Shown here piece by piece: positions 1 through 19,990 of a stretch of DNA of 64,000 nt (within the stretch, counting starts at the first letter, position 1; each line of letters starts with the position of its first letter). This stretch comes from the human T2T-CHM13v2.0 reference genome, Homo sapiens: assembly GCF_009914755.1 (NCBI RefSeq), contig NC_060927.1; one strand, written 5' to 3'. The notes under the pieces are model-generated. The model saw only the letters and a list, made by a program, of their open reading frames with translations, did no database searches and was not told where the DNA came from. Made by a program: the position numbers and the translations under genes.

Positions 1-215
1 TTATTGAGGACATCTCTTCACTGAGTCATGTCACTTTTTATTTCTCCCATTTAGGCTTTGTAAATTTTTTTGCATAAATCTGTCCTTGTATATAGCAAAC
101 AGGGGTCTGTATAAGGTAAGTACTTTGTATAAGTGTACATAGTTAAGGATTAAGGAAGACCTAGAATTCAGACTTGCTTTCTTAATCCAGTGTTTTTTCT
201 AGTACATCACGTGGC

Positions 216-317
216 TAATATATATAACATATATATGTTATATGTGTGTATATATATATATAACATATATATGTTATGTGTGTGTGTGTGTATGTGTGTG
301 TGTGTGTATATATATAT
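216..317. repeat. Compound (TA)n/(TG)n microsatellite
   Basis: Runs of tatata and tgtgtg are directly visible; they explain the spurious 215..418 ORF (THTHTYTH). Confidence 0.95.
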
Positions 318-676
318 GTCTTAGCTTGGGCTATTATAACAAAGTACCATAGATTGGGTGGCTGAAACAACAAACATTTATATCTCACAGTTATGGAGGC
401 TGGCAAGTGTAAGATCAAGGTGCCAAAAGATTGGGTGTCTAGTGAGGATCACTTCCTGGTTCACAGATGATGGCTTCTCACTGTGTCTTCACATGGTGGA
501 AAGAAGACTAGAGAGCTCTCGGAGATCTCTTATAAGAGCACAAACTCCATTCATGAGGGCTCCACTCTCATGCCTTAATTACCTCTCAGAACTCCTACCA
601 CCTAATATAAAAATCACAGTGAGGGTTATAATTTCACATATCAATTTTGTGAAACACAAACATTCAATCCGTAACA
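318..676 (-). mobile_element. MaLR solo LTR, MLT1A-like
   Basis: gtcttagcttgggctattataacaaagtaccatagattgggtggc...tctcacagttatggaggctgg...agatcaaggtgcca...cattcaatccgtaaca matches the typical antisense MLT1 LTR layout, ~360 bp. Confidence 0.8.
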
Positions 677-1063
677 CTGTTGCAATATATAACATATATG
701 TAACTTATTAGCAAATAACAGACATATGTAAATATGTAACTTATTAGCAAATAACAGGTATACATATTTAAATATGAATATAAATATAAATATTTCTGAG
801 GGCTTATTCTTATTAGTTTTAGAAATAAACTTGATTTATTTTTAATGATTTGGTTAAAAGCATATCTGTTTTACATTTTGGAGAAGAAAATCACATAAAG
901 TAATGAAACTGCCATTAAACATTTGAAATAATTCTGCTGTGACTTATTGCTGTTAAATACCCTTTTGAAATAAATTCTTTAGTAACTTCCCTTATTTCTT
1001 TTATAATGTTAATATATATTTATATCCATTTTAGTTTTATATTGTAGTTTTCTACTTCTACTT

Positions 1064-7890
<6,827 letters not shown>

Positions 7891-8389
7891 TTTACTTCTA
7901 CTTAATACTTTCTAAACATATAACTGAATACTAGTTTCAGGTATGTTAAAGTGTGTGATTGTGTTTTCTTAATTTTATGATTAAACTTTTGATTATATTT
8001 TGTAGGAGAGATTTGATTTTTTAAAATCAACTTGTTTTTTAATTTCTGTTTTATTTTTAGTTTTCTTTATAGTTTGTCTTAATGCTTTATCATAACACTT
8101 TTGTTATGATAGCAAATAGTTTGATATTAGTGTTCCAGAATTAGGGGTTTGATTGTATTCCTTGAAATTTGGCTTGGATTTCTTTATTTGTTTCACTTGA
8201 GAGTGTTTGGGAGCCTAAAGGTTTTATTAAATGTTCATTATGATGTGTCTTGATGATCTGATTATGATTAATCTTATGTCATTCAATAAACTGTATGTGA
8301 GGCCTACTCTGTCTGAGGCCTTGTCCTCTGCCTGGCAGAAGCCCGTGGGTCAGGGCTCACCTCTGGAGGCCACTTCTGAGGTGAGTCCC

Positions 8390-8560
8390 AGCCCCTCCAC
8401 TCTGGTCGAATGACCTTGGACAAGACCCTGCACTTCTTTAAAATCTTGCTTCCATCCTCAATGATATGGAGATCCCAGTGGTACTCTGACAGCGTTTGGC
8501 TGTTAGGATTCAGGGAGGTAATCCAGGAGGTGCGTACAGTACAAAGCTCAGAGTGGGTGC
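8390..8560 (+). mobile_element. Degenerate MIR fragment
   Basis: tgaccttggacaag...cacttc...ctgttaggattca...gtaat resembles the MIR core. Confidence 0.5.
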
Positions 8561-10099
8561 CCAGTTGTTGGCAGTAATGGTGTTGGCACAGCTGGGACTG
8601 CTCTTAGGGCTGTGGATCTAAAAAGTGAAGCAGCAGCTCACTGTGCATTGGGGACAATCCAGATGCATGGGCAGCAGACACGTAGCAGATGCAGAGGTCA
8701 CTGGCCCTTGAGAATCATAAAAAGAGGGCTACCAGAACACAGAGAATCACGAAACTTAACCATGATGCAACCCCCTGCATCTGGGAAAGATGACGCAGAA
8801 GTGGGGCTGTTTGGGCTGCTTCTTGAAGAGTCAGTAGGAGTTTTCAGTTAGAGGTAATTTTCATACAGTATTCAGCTCTTAAATGTTCAGGGCATGAGGG
8901 ATGAGCCTGCATACAAACTCAGAATGGAGAAAAGCCACATATACTGAAAAGATCTGATCTCCATGGGGCTTGCAGGTGGAATAGGGTGACGTGGGAAGGA
9001 GATTGTTCTATTTTGTTTCTCAATCCAACCAGTGAATTTCTTTCTCATAGAGGAGTTTAGCTTCTTCACTCATCTGTAATTGAGTGCATGACGTATATGT
9101 ATTTTTTTCCGTTGCCTTTCAAGGTTGTGTTGTTTATTCTTGTTTGTATCTGTCTCTGCTTACATATTTTGGGGAAGGCTTTTTCTTATATCAGGTTAAA
9201 ATATGATCTTAGTTTTACTTGTTTTACAAGTTTTTCTGGTAAATATTAGTTTCACATATCTATGCAGTGCGTGTTCCAAGTATTTTTTCTTTCTCACTTT
9301 TCTAGTGCTAATAGGTATATGGTGAACTCCCGTCGAGGGATGATATAGAGGCTAATTTCAGAAAATAGCGTTTCTAACTTTTACTTACTCCTTGTTGAAC
9401 TTTTCTATGAAATTTTGTTATCATTTTATCATTCAGGATTCCTATTAGATTTTCTTTACAATGTTCAGGCACACTGGCTCCTTAAATCTGTGCATATCTT
9501 TCTTTCTTTAGTTAGTAGTCCTCATTTCCCTGTGGTTTCTTGTAGAGGACGTAGCCATGGGAATTTTTGACATAGTGTGTCAGAGCTTCAGTTTTTGCTG
9601 TGTCATGTTTTAGAGCGAACATTGGACTAGAAGTCTGGAGATCTGTTTTCTGGTTTTGGCTGTGCCATAAACGGTAAAAATATACTTCCCAATGGTTGCT
9701 TTCATATCAGACAGTTTGAAAGAGCTGTGAGATATCAGTCAAGCCAGTGGGACTTCTCTCGTGCTCTTTTTATTGACCTGGAATGCCAGGGGATTGGAAC
9801 CCACCAGGGTTTTCTGAAGCACCTTCTCTGGAGCCCTGATTTCATGGGCTGTTAGTACATGTTCCGTGAAAAGAGATGCTGTGTCGGGTTAATTGGGATA
9901 TCCTGGAACTTCTTAGGGACTTTAGTTTTTCCCTATAGTTCTTCAAGGGGAATATAGAGTATGCAGGTGTGCTGTGTTTAACCAATTTATTTGACCAGGA
10001 AAATTTCTATTTATACAGCAGCCTGTGGGGCTAGAAGGGTTCCTGAGAGCATACTTTGGGAAACAGTAAGATAATTTTTAAGGTTTCTTCCAACTTTCA

Positions 10100-10190
10100 A
10101 GTGTATGGTTCTGTGAATATACTAAAAACCACTTAACATTATACTTTAAAAGAATGAATTTTCTGGTTTGTGAATTATATCTCAGTAAAT
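10100..10190 (+). mobile_element. Old L1M 3'-end fragment
   Basis: ctgtgaatatactaaaaaccactt...tatactttaaaagaatgaatttt...tgtgaattatatctcagtaaa is the typical L1MC/MD/ME terminus. Confidence 0.7.
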
Positions 10191-13100
10191 CTCATTATAA
10201 GAATTTTTAATGGTTCTTTAATCTTCAAAACTGCCTGGGATTATTTCTGCTTTTTACAATGTGGGCTTCAATTCCTCATTAAAAACAAACAAAAAACTGT
10301 ATAGCACCTTGACCATTTCACATTGTTTACAGAGAGTATCATTCAATTCTAGGAAAATTTCAAGGCCACTTTGCTGATTATGGCCTCTGTGTTTGTTTCA
10401 TACCAGTCTCTCCATATTAGAACTTTTCTATCAGACTTTCTAGGTTTATCTGTTTGTCTTGAACTGCTGTCTTTTGAGTTGTGTGGCTGTGTTTGCAGGC
10501 TAGTGTATTCTGTACATCTATAATCTTTGGTTTTCTGGGTTAATTCTTGCATTATCCTTTTTGCTGTTATTTTTAATTCTTTGATAACATCTTTTGTTTA
10601 GATTTCTTTAGGTTCAGTGGTACATGTGCAGGTTTGTTATATAGTAAACTCGTATTACAAGGGTTTGTTGTACATATTATTTTGTCACCCAGGTACTAAG
10701 CCTAGTACCCAATAGTTATTTTTTTTTTCTGCTTTTCTCCCTCCTCATACCTTCCACCCACAAATAGGCCCAAATGTCTGTTATTCCTTTCTTTCTGTAT
10801 ATGAATTCTCCTTGTTTAGCTCCCGCTTACAAGTGAGAACATGCAGTATTTGGTTTTCTGATTCTGTTAGTTTGCTAAGGATAATGACCTCCAGCGCCAA
10901 CCATGTTCCCATAAAAGATATGATCTCATTCTTTTTTATTGCTGCATAGTATTCCATGGTGTATATGTACCACATTTTCTTTATCTGTCATTGATGAGCA
11001 TTTAGGTTGATTCCATGTATTTGCTATTGTGCATAGTGCTGCAATGAACATTCTTGTGCAGGTGTCATTATGGTAGAATGATTTATATTCCTTTGGGCAT
11101 ATACACAGCAATGAGATTGCTGGGTCAAATGATAGTGCTGCTTTTAGCTCTTTGAGGAATTACCACACTGCTTTAAGCAATGGTTGGACTAATTTACACT
11201 CCCACCAACAGTGTATAAGTGTTCCCTTTTCTCTGCAACCTTGCCAGCATCTGCTATTTTTTGGACTTTTTAGTAATAGCTATTCTGACTGGTGTGAGGT
11301 GGTATCTCATTGTGGTTTTGATTTGCATTTCTCTGATGATCAGTGATATTGAGCTTTTCAGTATCACTGACAAGCTTTATGCTTGTTGGCCACATGTATG
11401 TCTTTTGAAAAGTGTCTGTTCATCTCCTTTGCCCACTTCTTTATGGGGTTGTTTTTTCCTTGTAAATTTCAGTTCCTTATATATGCTGGTATTAGACCTT
11501 TGCCAGATGCATAGTCTGCAGATATTTTCTCCCATTCTGCAGGTTATCTGTTTACACTTTTGATGGTTTCTTTTGTTGTGCAGAAGTTCTCAAGTTTAAT
11601 TAGATTCCATTTGTCAATTTTTGCTTTTGTTGCAATTGTTTTTGGCATCTTTGTCATGAAATCTTTGCTCGTTCCTATGTCTAGAATGGTATTGCATAGC
11701 TTGTCTTCCAGAGTTTTTATAATTTTGGGTTTTACATTTAAGTCTTTAATCCATCTTGAGTTGTTTTTTGTAGATGGTGTAAAAAGGGGGTCCGGTTTCA
11801 GTCTTCTGCATATTGCTAACCAGTTATCCTAGCACCATTTGTTGAACTGGGGCGGTTCTTTCCCTTATTGCTTGTTTTTATCAGCTTTGTCAAAGATCAG
11901 ATGGTTATAGGTGTGTGGCCTTAAATCTGGCCTCTCTATTCTGTTCCATTGGTCTATGTGTCTGCTTTTGTACCAGTACCATGCTGTTTTGGTTACTGTA
12001 GCCATGTAGCATAGTTTGAAGTCAGGTAAGGTGACACCTCCAGCTTTGTTCTTTTTGCTTAGGATTGCCTTGGCTATTTGGGCTCTTTTGTGGTTTCATA
12101 TGAATTTTAAAATCATTTTTTCTAGCACTGTGAAGAATGTCAATGGTAGTTGGATAGGAAAAGCATTGAATCTGTAAATTGCTTTGGGCAGTATGGCTAT
12201 TTTAACAATATTGTTTCTTTCTACCCATGAGCATGGAATGTTTTTCCATTTGTTTGTGTCATCTTTGATTTCTTTGAGCACCGTTTTATAATTCTCCTTG
12301 CAGAGATCTTTCACCTCCCTGGTTAGCTGTATTCCTACATATTTTTTTTTGTGGCAGTTGTGAATGGGCTTGCATTCCTGAGTTGGCTCTTGGCTTGGCT
12401 CTTGTTGGTGTGTAAGAATGCTGATGATTTTTGTACATTGATTTTTGTATCCTGAAACTTTGCCAAAGTTGTTTATCAGCTGAAGGAGCTTATGGGCTGA
12501 GACTATGGGGTTTTACAGATATAGAATCATGTTGTCTGCAAACAGGGATAATTTGACTTTCTCTCTTCCTATTTGTGTGCCTTTAATTTTTTTATCTTGC
12601 CTTATTGCTCTGGCCAGGACTACCAATACTATGTTGAATAGGAGTAGTGAGAGAGAGACCCTTGTCTTGTGACAGTTTTCAAGGGAAATGCTTCCAGTTT
12701 TTCCCCATTCAGTATGATATTGGCTGTGGGTTTGTCATAGATAGCTCTTACTATTTTGAGGTATGTTCTTTAAATACCTCATTTATTGAGTTTTTAACAT
12801 GAAGGTATATTGAACTATGTCAAAAGCCGTATCTGCATCTATTGAAATAATCATGTGGTTTTTGTCTCTAGTTGTATTTATGTGATGAATCACATTTATT
12901 GATTTGCATATGTTGAACCAACCTTGTATTCCAGGATGAAGCCTACTTGATAATGGTGGATTTGCTTTTTGTGCTGCTGGATTCGGTTTGCCAGTATTTT
13001 GTTGAGGATTTTTACATTAGTGTTCATCAAGGATGTTGGCCTGAAGCTTTTTCCTTTTTTGTTGTCTTTGACAGGTTTCAGTATTAGGATGATGTGAACC

Positions 13101-16100
13101 TCATAGAATGAGTTAGGGAGGGGGCCCTCCTCAATTTTTTGGAATAGTTTCAGTAGGAATGGTACTATTTCTTCTTTCTACATCTGATGGAATTGGACTG
13201 TGAATCCATCTCGTCCTGTTTTGTGGTTGGTAGGCTATTACTGGTTCAATTTTGGAGCTCATTATTGGTCTGTCCAGGCAATCAGTTTGTTCCTGATTCA
13301 GTCTTGGGAGGGTGTATATGTCTAGGAATGTATCCATCTCTTCTAGGTTTTCTGTTTTTTGTGTGTGTGCATAGAGATGTTCATAGTAGTTTCTGATAGT
13401 TATTTTTATTTCTATGGAGTCAGTGTTAACATCCTATTTGTCATTTCTAATTGTGTTTATTTGGATCTTATACCTTTATTAGTCTAGCTCTAGTGGCCTG
13501 TCTTATTCATTTAAAAAAAAAACTCCTGGATTAATTAATCTCTTGGGTGGTTTTTTATGTCCTGATTTCCTTCAGTTCAACTCTTATTTTGGTTATTTCT
13601 TGTCTTCTGCTAACTTTGGGGCTGGTTTTCTCTTGCTTCTCTAATTCTTTCAGTTGTGATATTAGATTGTTAATTTGAGATCTTCCTAAATTTTTGATGT
13701 GGCCACTTAGTGCTATAAATTTCCCTTTTAAAATTTCCTTAGCTGTGTCCCAGAGATTCTGGTATGTTGTATCTTTGTTCTCATTAGTTTCAAACATGTT
13801 CTTGATTTCTGCCATATTTTCATTATTTACCCAAATATCATTCAGGAGCAAGTTGTTTGATTTCCATGTAACATGGTTTTGAGCGATTTCTTTTAATCTT
13901 CTATTTTTATTGTCCTGTGGTCCAAGAGTATATTTGATATGATTTTGGTTCTTTTGCGTATGCTGGGGATTGTTTTATGTTTGATTTCATGGTTGATTTT
14001 AGAGTATGTGCCATGTGGCAATGAGAAGAATGTATATTCTGTTTTGGGGTGGAAAGTTGTGTAGAGATCTATCAGATCTATTTGGTTGAATGTTGAGTTC
14101 AGGTCCTGAATGTCTTTAGTTTTCTGCCTCACTGATCTAATACTGTCAGTGGAGTGTTGAAGTCTCCCACTATTAATGTGTGGGAGTTTAAGTCTTTTTG
14201 TTTGTCTCTAAGAACTTGCTTTAAAACCTGCCTGCTTCTGTGTTGAGTGAGACAGGTCTCAGTTAATTTAGAAAGTTTATTTTGCCAAGGTTGAGGACAC
14301 ATTCCTGTGACACAACCTCAGGAGGTCCTGATGACATGTGCCCAAGCTAGTAGGAGAAGAGCTTGGTTTTGTATATTTTAGGGAGACATGAGACATCAAT
14401 CAATATGTGTAAGATGAACATTGCTTCAGTCCTGAAAGGTGGGACAACTTGAGGTGAATGTGGGGGTGACTTAAAGTGGGGAGGGGGCTTCCAGGTCATA
14501 GGTAGATAAGAGACAAATGATTGCATTATTTTGAGTTTCTGATTAGCCTCTTCAAATAAGGCAATCAGATATGCATTTATCTCAGTGAGCAGAGGGGTGA
14601 CTTTGAATAGAATGAGAGGCAGTTTTGCCCTAAGCAGTTCCCAGTTTGATTTTTCCCTTTAGCTTAGTAATTTTGGAGCCCCAAGATTTATTTTCCTTTC
14701 ACATTTCCTCCATTTTCTTTTTTAGAATCTTTTGGAGAAAGCATTTTAGAAGAAAACGAGTCTCTGGTCTCAGGTTTCATCTGATCTCTCATGGCTAGCA
14801 TGGTTTATTCCCAGATGGGTAGGTCCTGAGTTATTAGGAAAGCTCATTTTTGCAGGTTCTGAAGTCTCATGTCCTATGAAGAGAAAATAGGGGGAGGAAG
14901 GGAGAAAAACAGCAACAAACAGAACAACCCTGGAAAATTGATACAGGCCACATTATTCTGAAGTCTGTATATCAGTAGGCAGGTAAGAAAGTGGCTTATG
15001 TATGTAAATAGATTGCTGTTATTTTCTTCTGAACTTTAAGTTGTCTAGCTTCAGTTTGTAGGGCTTTACAAAAGCAGAGCTTAGTTTTCAGTGATTCCAA
15101 ATTAGGAAAAATGGGGGAAAATGAAGGGAAAATAATAAAAACATTATTTTGAAGACTTATAGCTGAGAAAAATTAGAATTTGCTTCAAACCATAGAAAAT
15201 AATAAAAATTGAGAAACATTAGGCAAGACTAGAATCTAGTCTTGGTATGCTATATTTTTTAAACAATTTTTCTCTCTCTAGTTTCCCATTTTTACTAAAG
15301 ACAAATCATGATAGGACTTAGTTTTGCTTTATTATACTTGCCCTGATTATTTGTATACAGTGCAGCAAGAAAAATTTTTCTACATAGGCTTTTAAATTGG
15401 CCTTGATGGAACTTTGTTCCATAGAAGGAATCCCAGATAAGGCTTTTTTATAGCTCATCCCAGCCATAATTTGTACCATCAAATACTTGTGAGTTGGGTG
15501 ATCCTCTTCTCTTAAGGTCCCAAGATAAACATAGGGCTACTGGGCCTGTTAGAACATGACATTCTTTACTTACCACAGGTCAGGAACCCTGTACAAGGAC
15601 TGTATAGACAAGATATGAGGCCAGTTTCCTAAGGGGCTTTTATTGGCTGCATGAGTCAAGTTTGATTCCTTAAAGGAAAGCACGCCATTCCAGTCAAAGC
15701 CTTGGTAAAATAACCAGTTTCTCCAATTGTGTCCTGTTAAAAAGGAAAACAGATTCTTATTGCACTTATGCAAATAACTGGATTGCCATAAGCTAAGAAT
15801 ACCCACAAATAGCTTCCAAATTCTGAAGAAATCAGGTAGAGAGAAGAAAATTTGCTCCAAATTTTGTTCATAGGATTATACTAAATTGCTAAAAACTATC
15901 AATAGCTTAGAAGAAAAATTTCCTTTACCCTGAAAAAAGGACCACCAACGTTTTAAGCAAAAAGTCAAAAAGGTTACTTCAGATTTCTATTAGTTCAGTC
16001 CATGTAGTTAATTCCTATTCTGGTTGATATTTATAAACATTTCAGTTCTCCATGAGTCCTAAAAGTTTTTCTTGTATTCCAGTGTCACAATCTCCAGAGT

Positions 16101-18254
16101 TATTAGAAACTTGTATTCAAGAGCACCTGTTAGAGTTTTATAGCTAATTATAAAATCACCTTTTAAAGAGGGCCAAAACAAGTCAACAATTGTGTCAAAG
16201 ACAAAAAGTTTTAGGGCAGCCAGAGTCAAGAACACAATTGACAAGGAAATTTGTTACCTCTTGCACACAATAATTTAACATAATGATTATAATTATTACT
16301 GATAATATACATTAAGTCATATCAGAATTATAGGAGTTTTCCATAACTTTGGAACACATACCAATAACATATTTATACAAACACAGCCCAAAGAAGACCA
16401 AACACCATTTCATATTTGACAGTGCTTTCTGTATAATTTTTATGCCAAATAAGTCAAATTGTGTCTTTTTTTGGGCTTTAGGGAATCTAGTATCCTAAAG
16501 GATTAATTAGATCAGAAAAAGACATAATTTATAATTTGACTTTGGAAAGTTTGTCAAATATCAAAGATTTAAAACACTTGATACCACAGGTTATTGTAAA
16601 ATAAGTCATTCATTTGACCAATGTGATAATGCAAGGATTTCAAAAAAAGATGAAAACCTTTATTCTTTGAGAGAGGAGACTTAGTTTTTCAAACAATAAG
16701 CCCTGATAAAAACAGCATGAAGCCAATTAAATTTGTTTTTAAAAATGTTTAGACAGTCTATAACATTTTAATCTTGGCCTTAAGATAACCTCCATGAGTC
16801 TTTTATAAACTTCATAACCTTTACTAAGGAGTCAGTTAATGCTTCAAGAAAACCTTGGTAATCTGACATAGAGACCCATATGCTGGTCTTGCATCAGTGT
16901 GCCTTTGGCATTAATGATTAATTTATAGAGAAACTGAACTTATTTTATCTGTCAAAATCAGCCCTTACAATCTCACATGCCCACCTCTTCTGTGATAGTC
17001 CCTGGGCCTTGAGGAGTGGAATAGCTTTAATTTCTGACCCTGTGTCTCAGGAATGCAGTTTATTTGATTAGCATCTTTTACCAGAAGATGAGGCTTTAAT
17101 TGCTGTTAATGTTTGAGATTTAGCAGGACTTGGCGTTCTTTTTAGACCCAGGAGCCAAAGCCCTGTAACTCAATGTCACAGGTACTTTAAAAGCACATAC
17201 AGAAAGATACACAGATGTAATAATCTTAATTTAAAAATTTTTTTTAGTCTCAGTTTTTTTCCTAAGCAAATCAAAACTCAATAATAATGGCATAGGAATT
17301 GTTTCAATAAACTGTAAAATTTGTTAGACCAGTTACCAAAAGGCAAAAGAAAAGACCTTCTGCAGTGAACAGAATATTACATTGGAAGAAAACAGTTCCT
17401 TTAGACCTTTAAGAAAGCATTGTTAGCATCAGGCCATAACAAACAGAACTCAAGGAAAAAAAAAACTTATATGAGCTGAAGGAGAGCATTACTATTTTGC
17501 ACCCTTTAAAAGGGGAGAGAGAACTGAAAATGTTGAGATGCAATAAAAGTTACATTTTGGGTTAAAAAAATTCAAATATCTTATAATTAAGAGCAAATTA
17601 ATTCCTCAAGAAAATTTTATTGTTCCAACCAATTATTTAGTGTATAAATGTTGTTGTTGTTGTTACATCAAACCCACTTTTTAGAAAGACCATGATAATT
17701 TCCCTTTAATTAGTAGACAACTTGATCATATAAAAGTTTTTGTTTTTTAAATCTTCTTATTTGACTTACATGGACTGTTCGTGACATGTTTGGGCTTTCT
17801 GGTTTGTCCTGAACATCAGTCTTTCTTAAACAAGCAGTTATTTTATTCTAGGACTAAATCTACCATACAAGATTCTTTCTCATATAAAATATTTCTCTTT
17901 AAGCTTTCTTACAAAAAAAAAACCTCTATTTTTATAACTTTCTTTACATCTCTTATTTTCTGGTTCCTTTTACCTTGTTTTATACATAACCTTTAAATAG
18001 GCCTTGAATTAGAAAAAAATCATTCATCTTTTAAAAATGACACACTTTTTTTCAGGAAGAATGTGTTCCTAAACATATATTTTTATTGAAAAATACCCAA
18101 ATAATGAAATATCTATTATTTAATTTAATATAGATTCTAAATTATGATGAGTTTGACTACATGTATTTATCCCATTACATTTGCCTAATTATTTTAATTG
18201 TTTACCTAGATTATTTATGAAAACTGCAATAGTCATCATTTAAAGTTATGGAAC

Positions 18255-19990
18255 TGTGTCCGGAATTGGTGGGTTCTTGGTCTCACTGACTTCAAGAATG
18301 AAGCCGCGGACCCTTGCGGTGAGTGTTACAGCTCTTAAGGTGGCGTGTCTGGAGTTTGTTCCTTCTGATGTTCGAATGTGTTTGGAGTTTCTTCCTTCTG
18401 GTGGGTTCGTGGTCTCGCTGGCTTAGGAGTGAAGCTGCAGACCTTCACGGTGAGTGTTACAGCTCTTAAGGCGGCGCATCTGGAGTTGTTCGTTCCTCCC
18501 GGTGGGCTCATGGTCTCGCTGGCTTCAGGAGTGAAGCTGCAGACCTTCGCAGTGAGTGTTACAGCTCATAAAAGCAGTGTGGACCCAGAGTGAGCAGTAG
18601 CAAGATTTATTGCAAAGAGCGAAAGAACAAAGCTTCCACAGTGGGGAAGGGGACCTGAGCGGGTTGCCACTGCTGGCTCAGGCAGCCTGATTTTATTCTC
18701 TTATCTGGCCCCACCCACATCCTGCTGATTGGTAGAGCTGAGTGGTCTGTTTTGACAGGGTGCTGATTGGTGCGTTTACAATCCCTGAGCTAGACACAAA
18801 GGTTCTCCACATCCCCACCAGATTAGCTAGATACAGAGTGTCGACACAAAGGTTCTCCAAGGCCCCGCCAGAGTATCTAGATATAGAGTGTCGACTGGTG
18901 TATTTACAATCCCTGGGCTAGACATAAAGGTTCTCCAAGGCCCCACCAGAGTAGCTAGATACAGAGTGTCGATTGGTGCATTCACAAACCCTGAGCTAGA
19001 CATAAAGGTTCTCCAAGGCCCCACCAGAGTAGCTAGATACAGAGTGTCGATTGGTGCATTCACAAACCCTGAGCTAGACATAAATGTTCTCCAAGGCCCC
19101 TCCAGAGTAGCTAGATACAGAGTGTCGATTGGTGCATTTACAGTCCCTGAGCTAGACATAAAGGTTCTCCAAGGCCCCACCACAGTAGCTAGATACAGAG
19201 TGTCGATTGATGCCCTCACAAACCGTGAGCTAGACACAGGGTGCTGATTGGTGTGTTTACAAACCTTGAGCTAGATACAGAGTGCCAATTGGTGTATTTA
19301 CAATCCCTGAGCTAGACATAAAGGTTCTCCAAGGCCCCACCAGACTCAGGAGCCCAGCTGGCTTCACCTAGTGGATCCTGCACCGGGGCTGCAGGTGGAG
19401 CTGCCTGCCAGTCCCGCACCATGCGCCTGCACTTCTCAGCCCTTGGGTGTTTGATGGGACTGGGCACCGTGGAGCAGGCAATGGCGCTTGTCGAGGAGGC
19501 TCGGGCCGCACAGGAGCCCACGGAGGGGTGGGAGACTCAGGCATGGCGGGCTGCAGGTCCTGAGCCCTGCCCCACGGGAAGGCAGCTAAGGCCCAGCAAG
19601 AAATCGAGTGCAGCGCCGGTGGGCTGGCACTGCTGGGGGACCCAGTACACCCTCCACAGCCGCTGGCCCGGGTGCTAAGCCCCTCATTGCCCAGGGCTGT
19701 CAGGGCCGGCCAGCTGCTCCAAGTGCAGGAGCCGCCAAGCCCATGCCTACCCAGAACTCCAGCTGGCCTGCAAGCGCCACACGCAGCCCTGGTTCCCGCT
19801 CACACCTCTCCCTCCACACCTCCCTGCAAGCTGAGGGAGCAGGCTCCGGCCTTGGCCAGCCCAGAAAGGGGCTCCCACAGTGCAGCTGTGGGCTGAAGGG
19901 CTCAAGTGCCACCAAAGTGGGAGCCTAGGCAGAGGAGGCGCCGAGAGCGAGCGAGGGCTGTGAGGACTGCCAGCACGCTGTCACCTCTCA
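18255..19990 (-). mobile_element. LTR12 (ERV9) solo LTR, LTR12C/E-like, nested in MER4-int
   Basis: Starts tgtgtccggaattggtgggttcttggtctc and ends gctgtcacctctca; exact 4-bp TSD gaac at 18251-18254 and 19991-19994; GC/CpG-rich U3. Confidence 0.95.
18780..19340. repeat. 78-bp tandem enhancer array of LTR12 U3 (about 6 copies)
   Basis: Unit ...ctgagctagacataaaggttctccaaggccccaccagagtagctagatacagagtgtcgattggtgcattcacaaacc repeats with 78-nt period (26-aa repeat in ORFs 18827 and 18888); most units carry attgg (CCAAT on the LTR strand). Confidence 0.9.

Noticed and set aside
9800-10070. Possible hAT/MER DNA transposon relic
   Set aside because: Termini are only weakly suggestive; family and TIRs cannot be supported by eye.
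18827-19247. ORFs with 26-aa repeats; CRISPR-like appearance
   Set aside because: Translation of the LTR12 tandem array; no unique spacers, eukaryotic context.
19400-19990. CpG-island-like segments here and at 27000-27600 as host gene promoters
   Set aside because: Fully explained by LTR12 U3 sequence.
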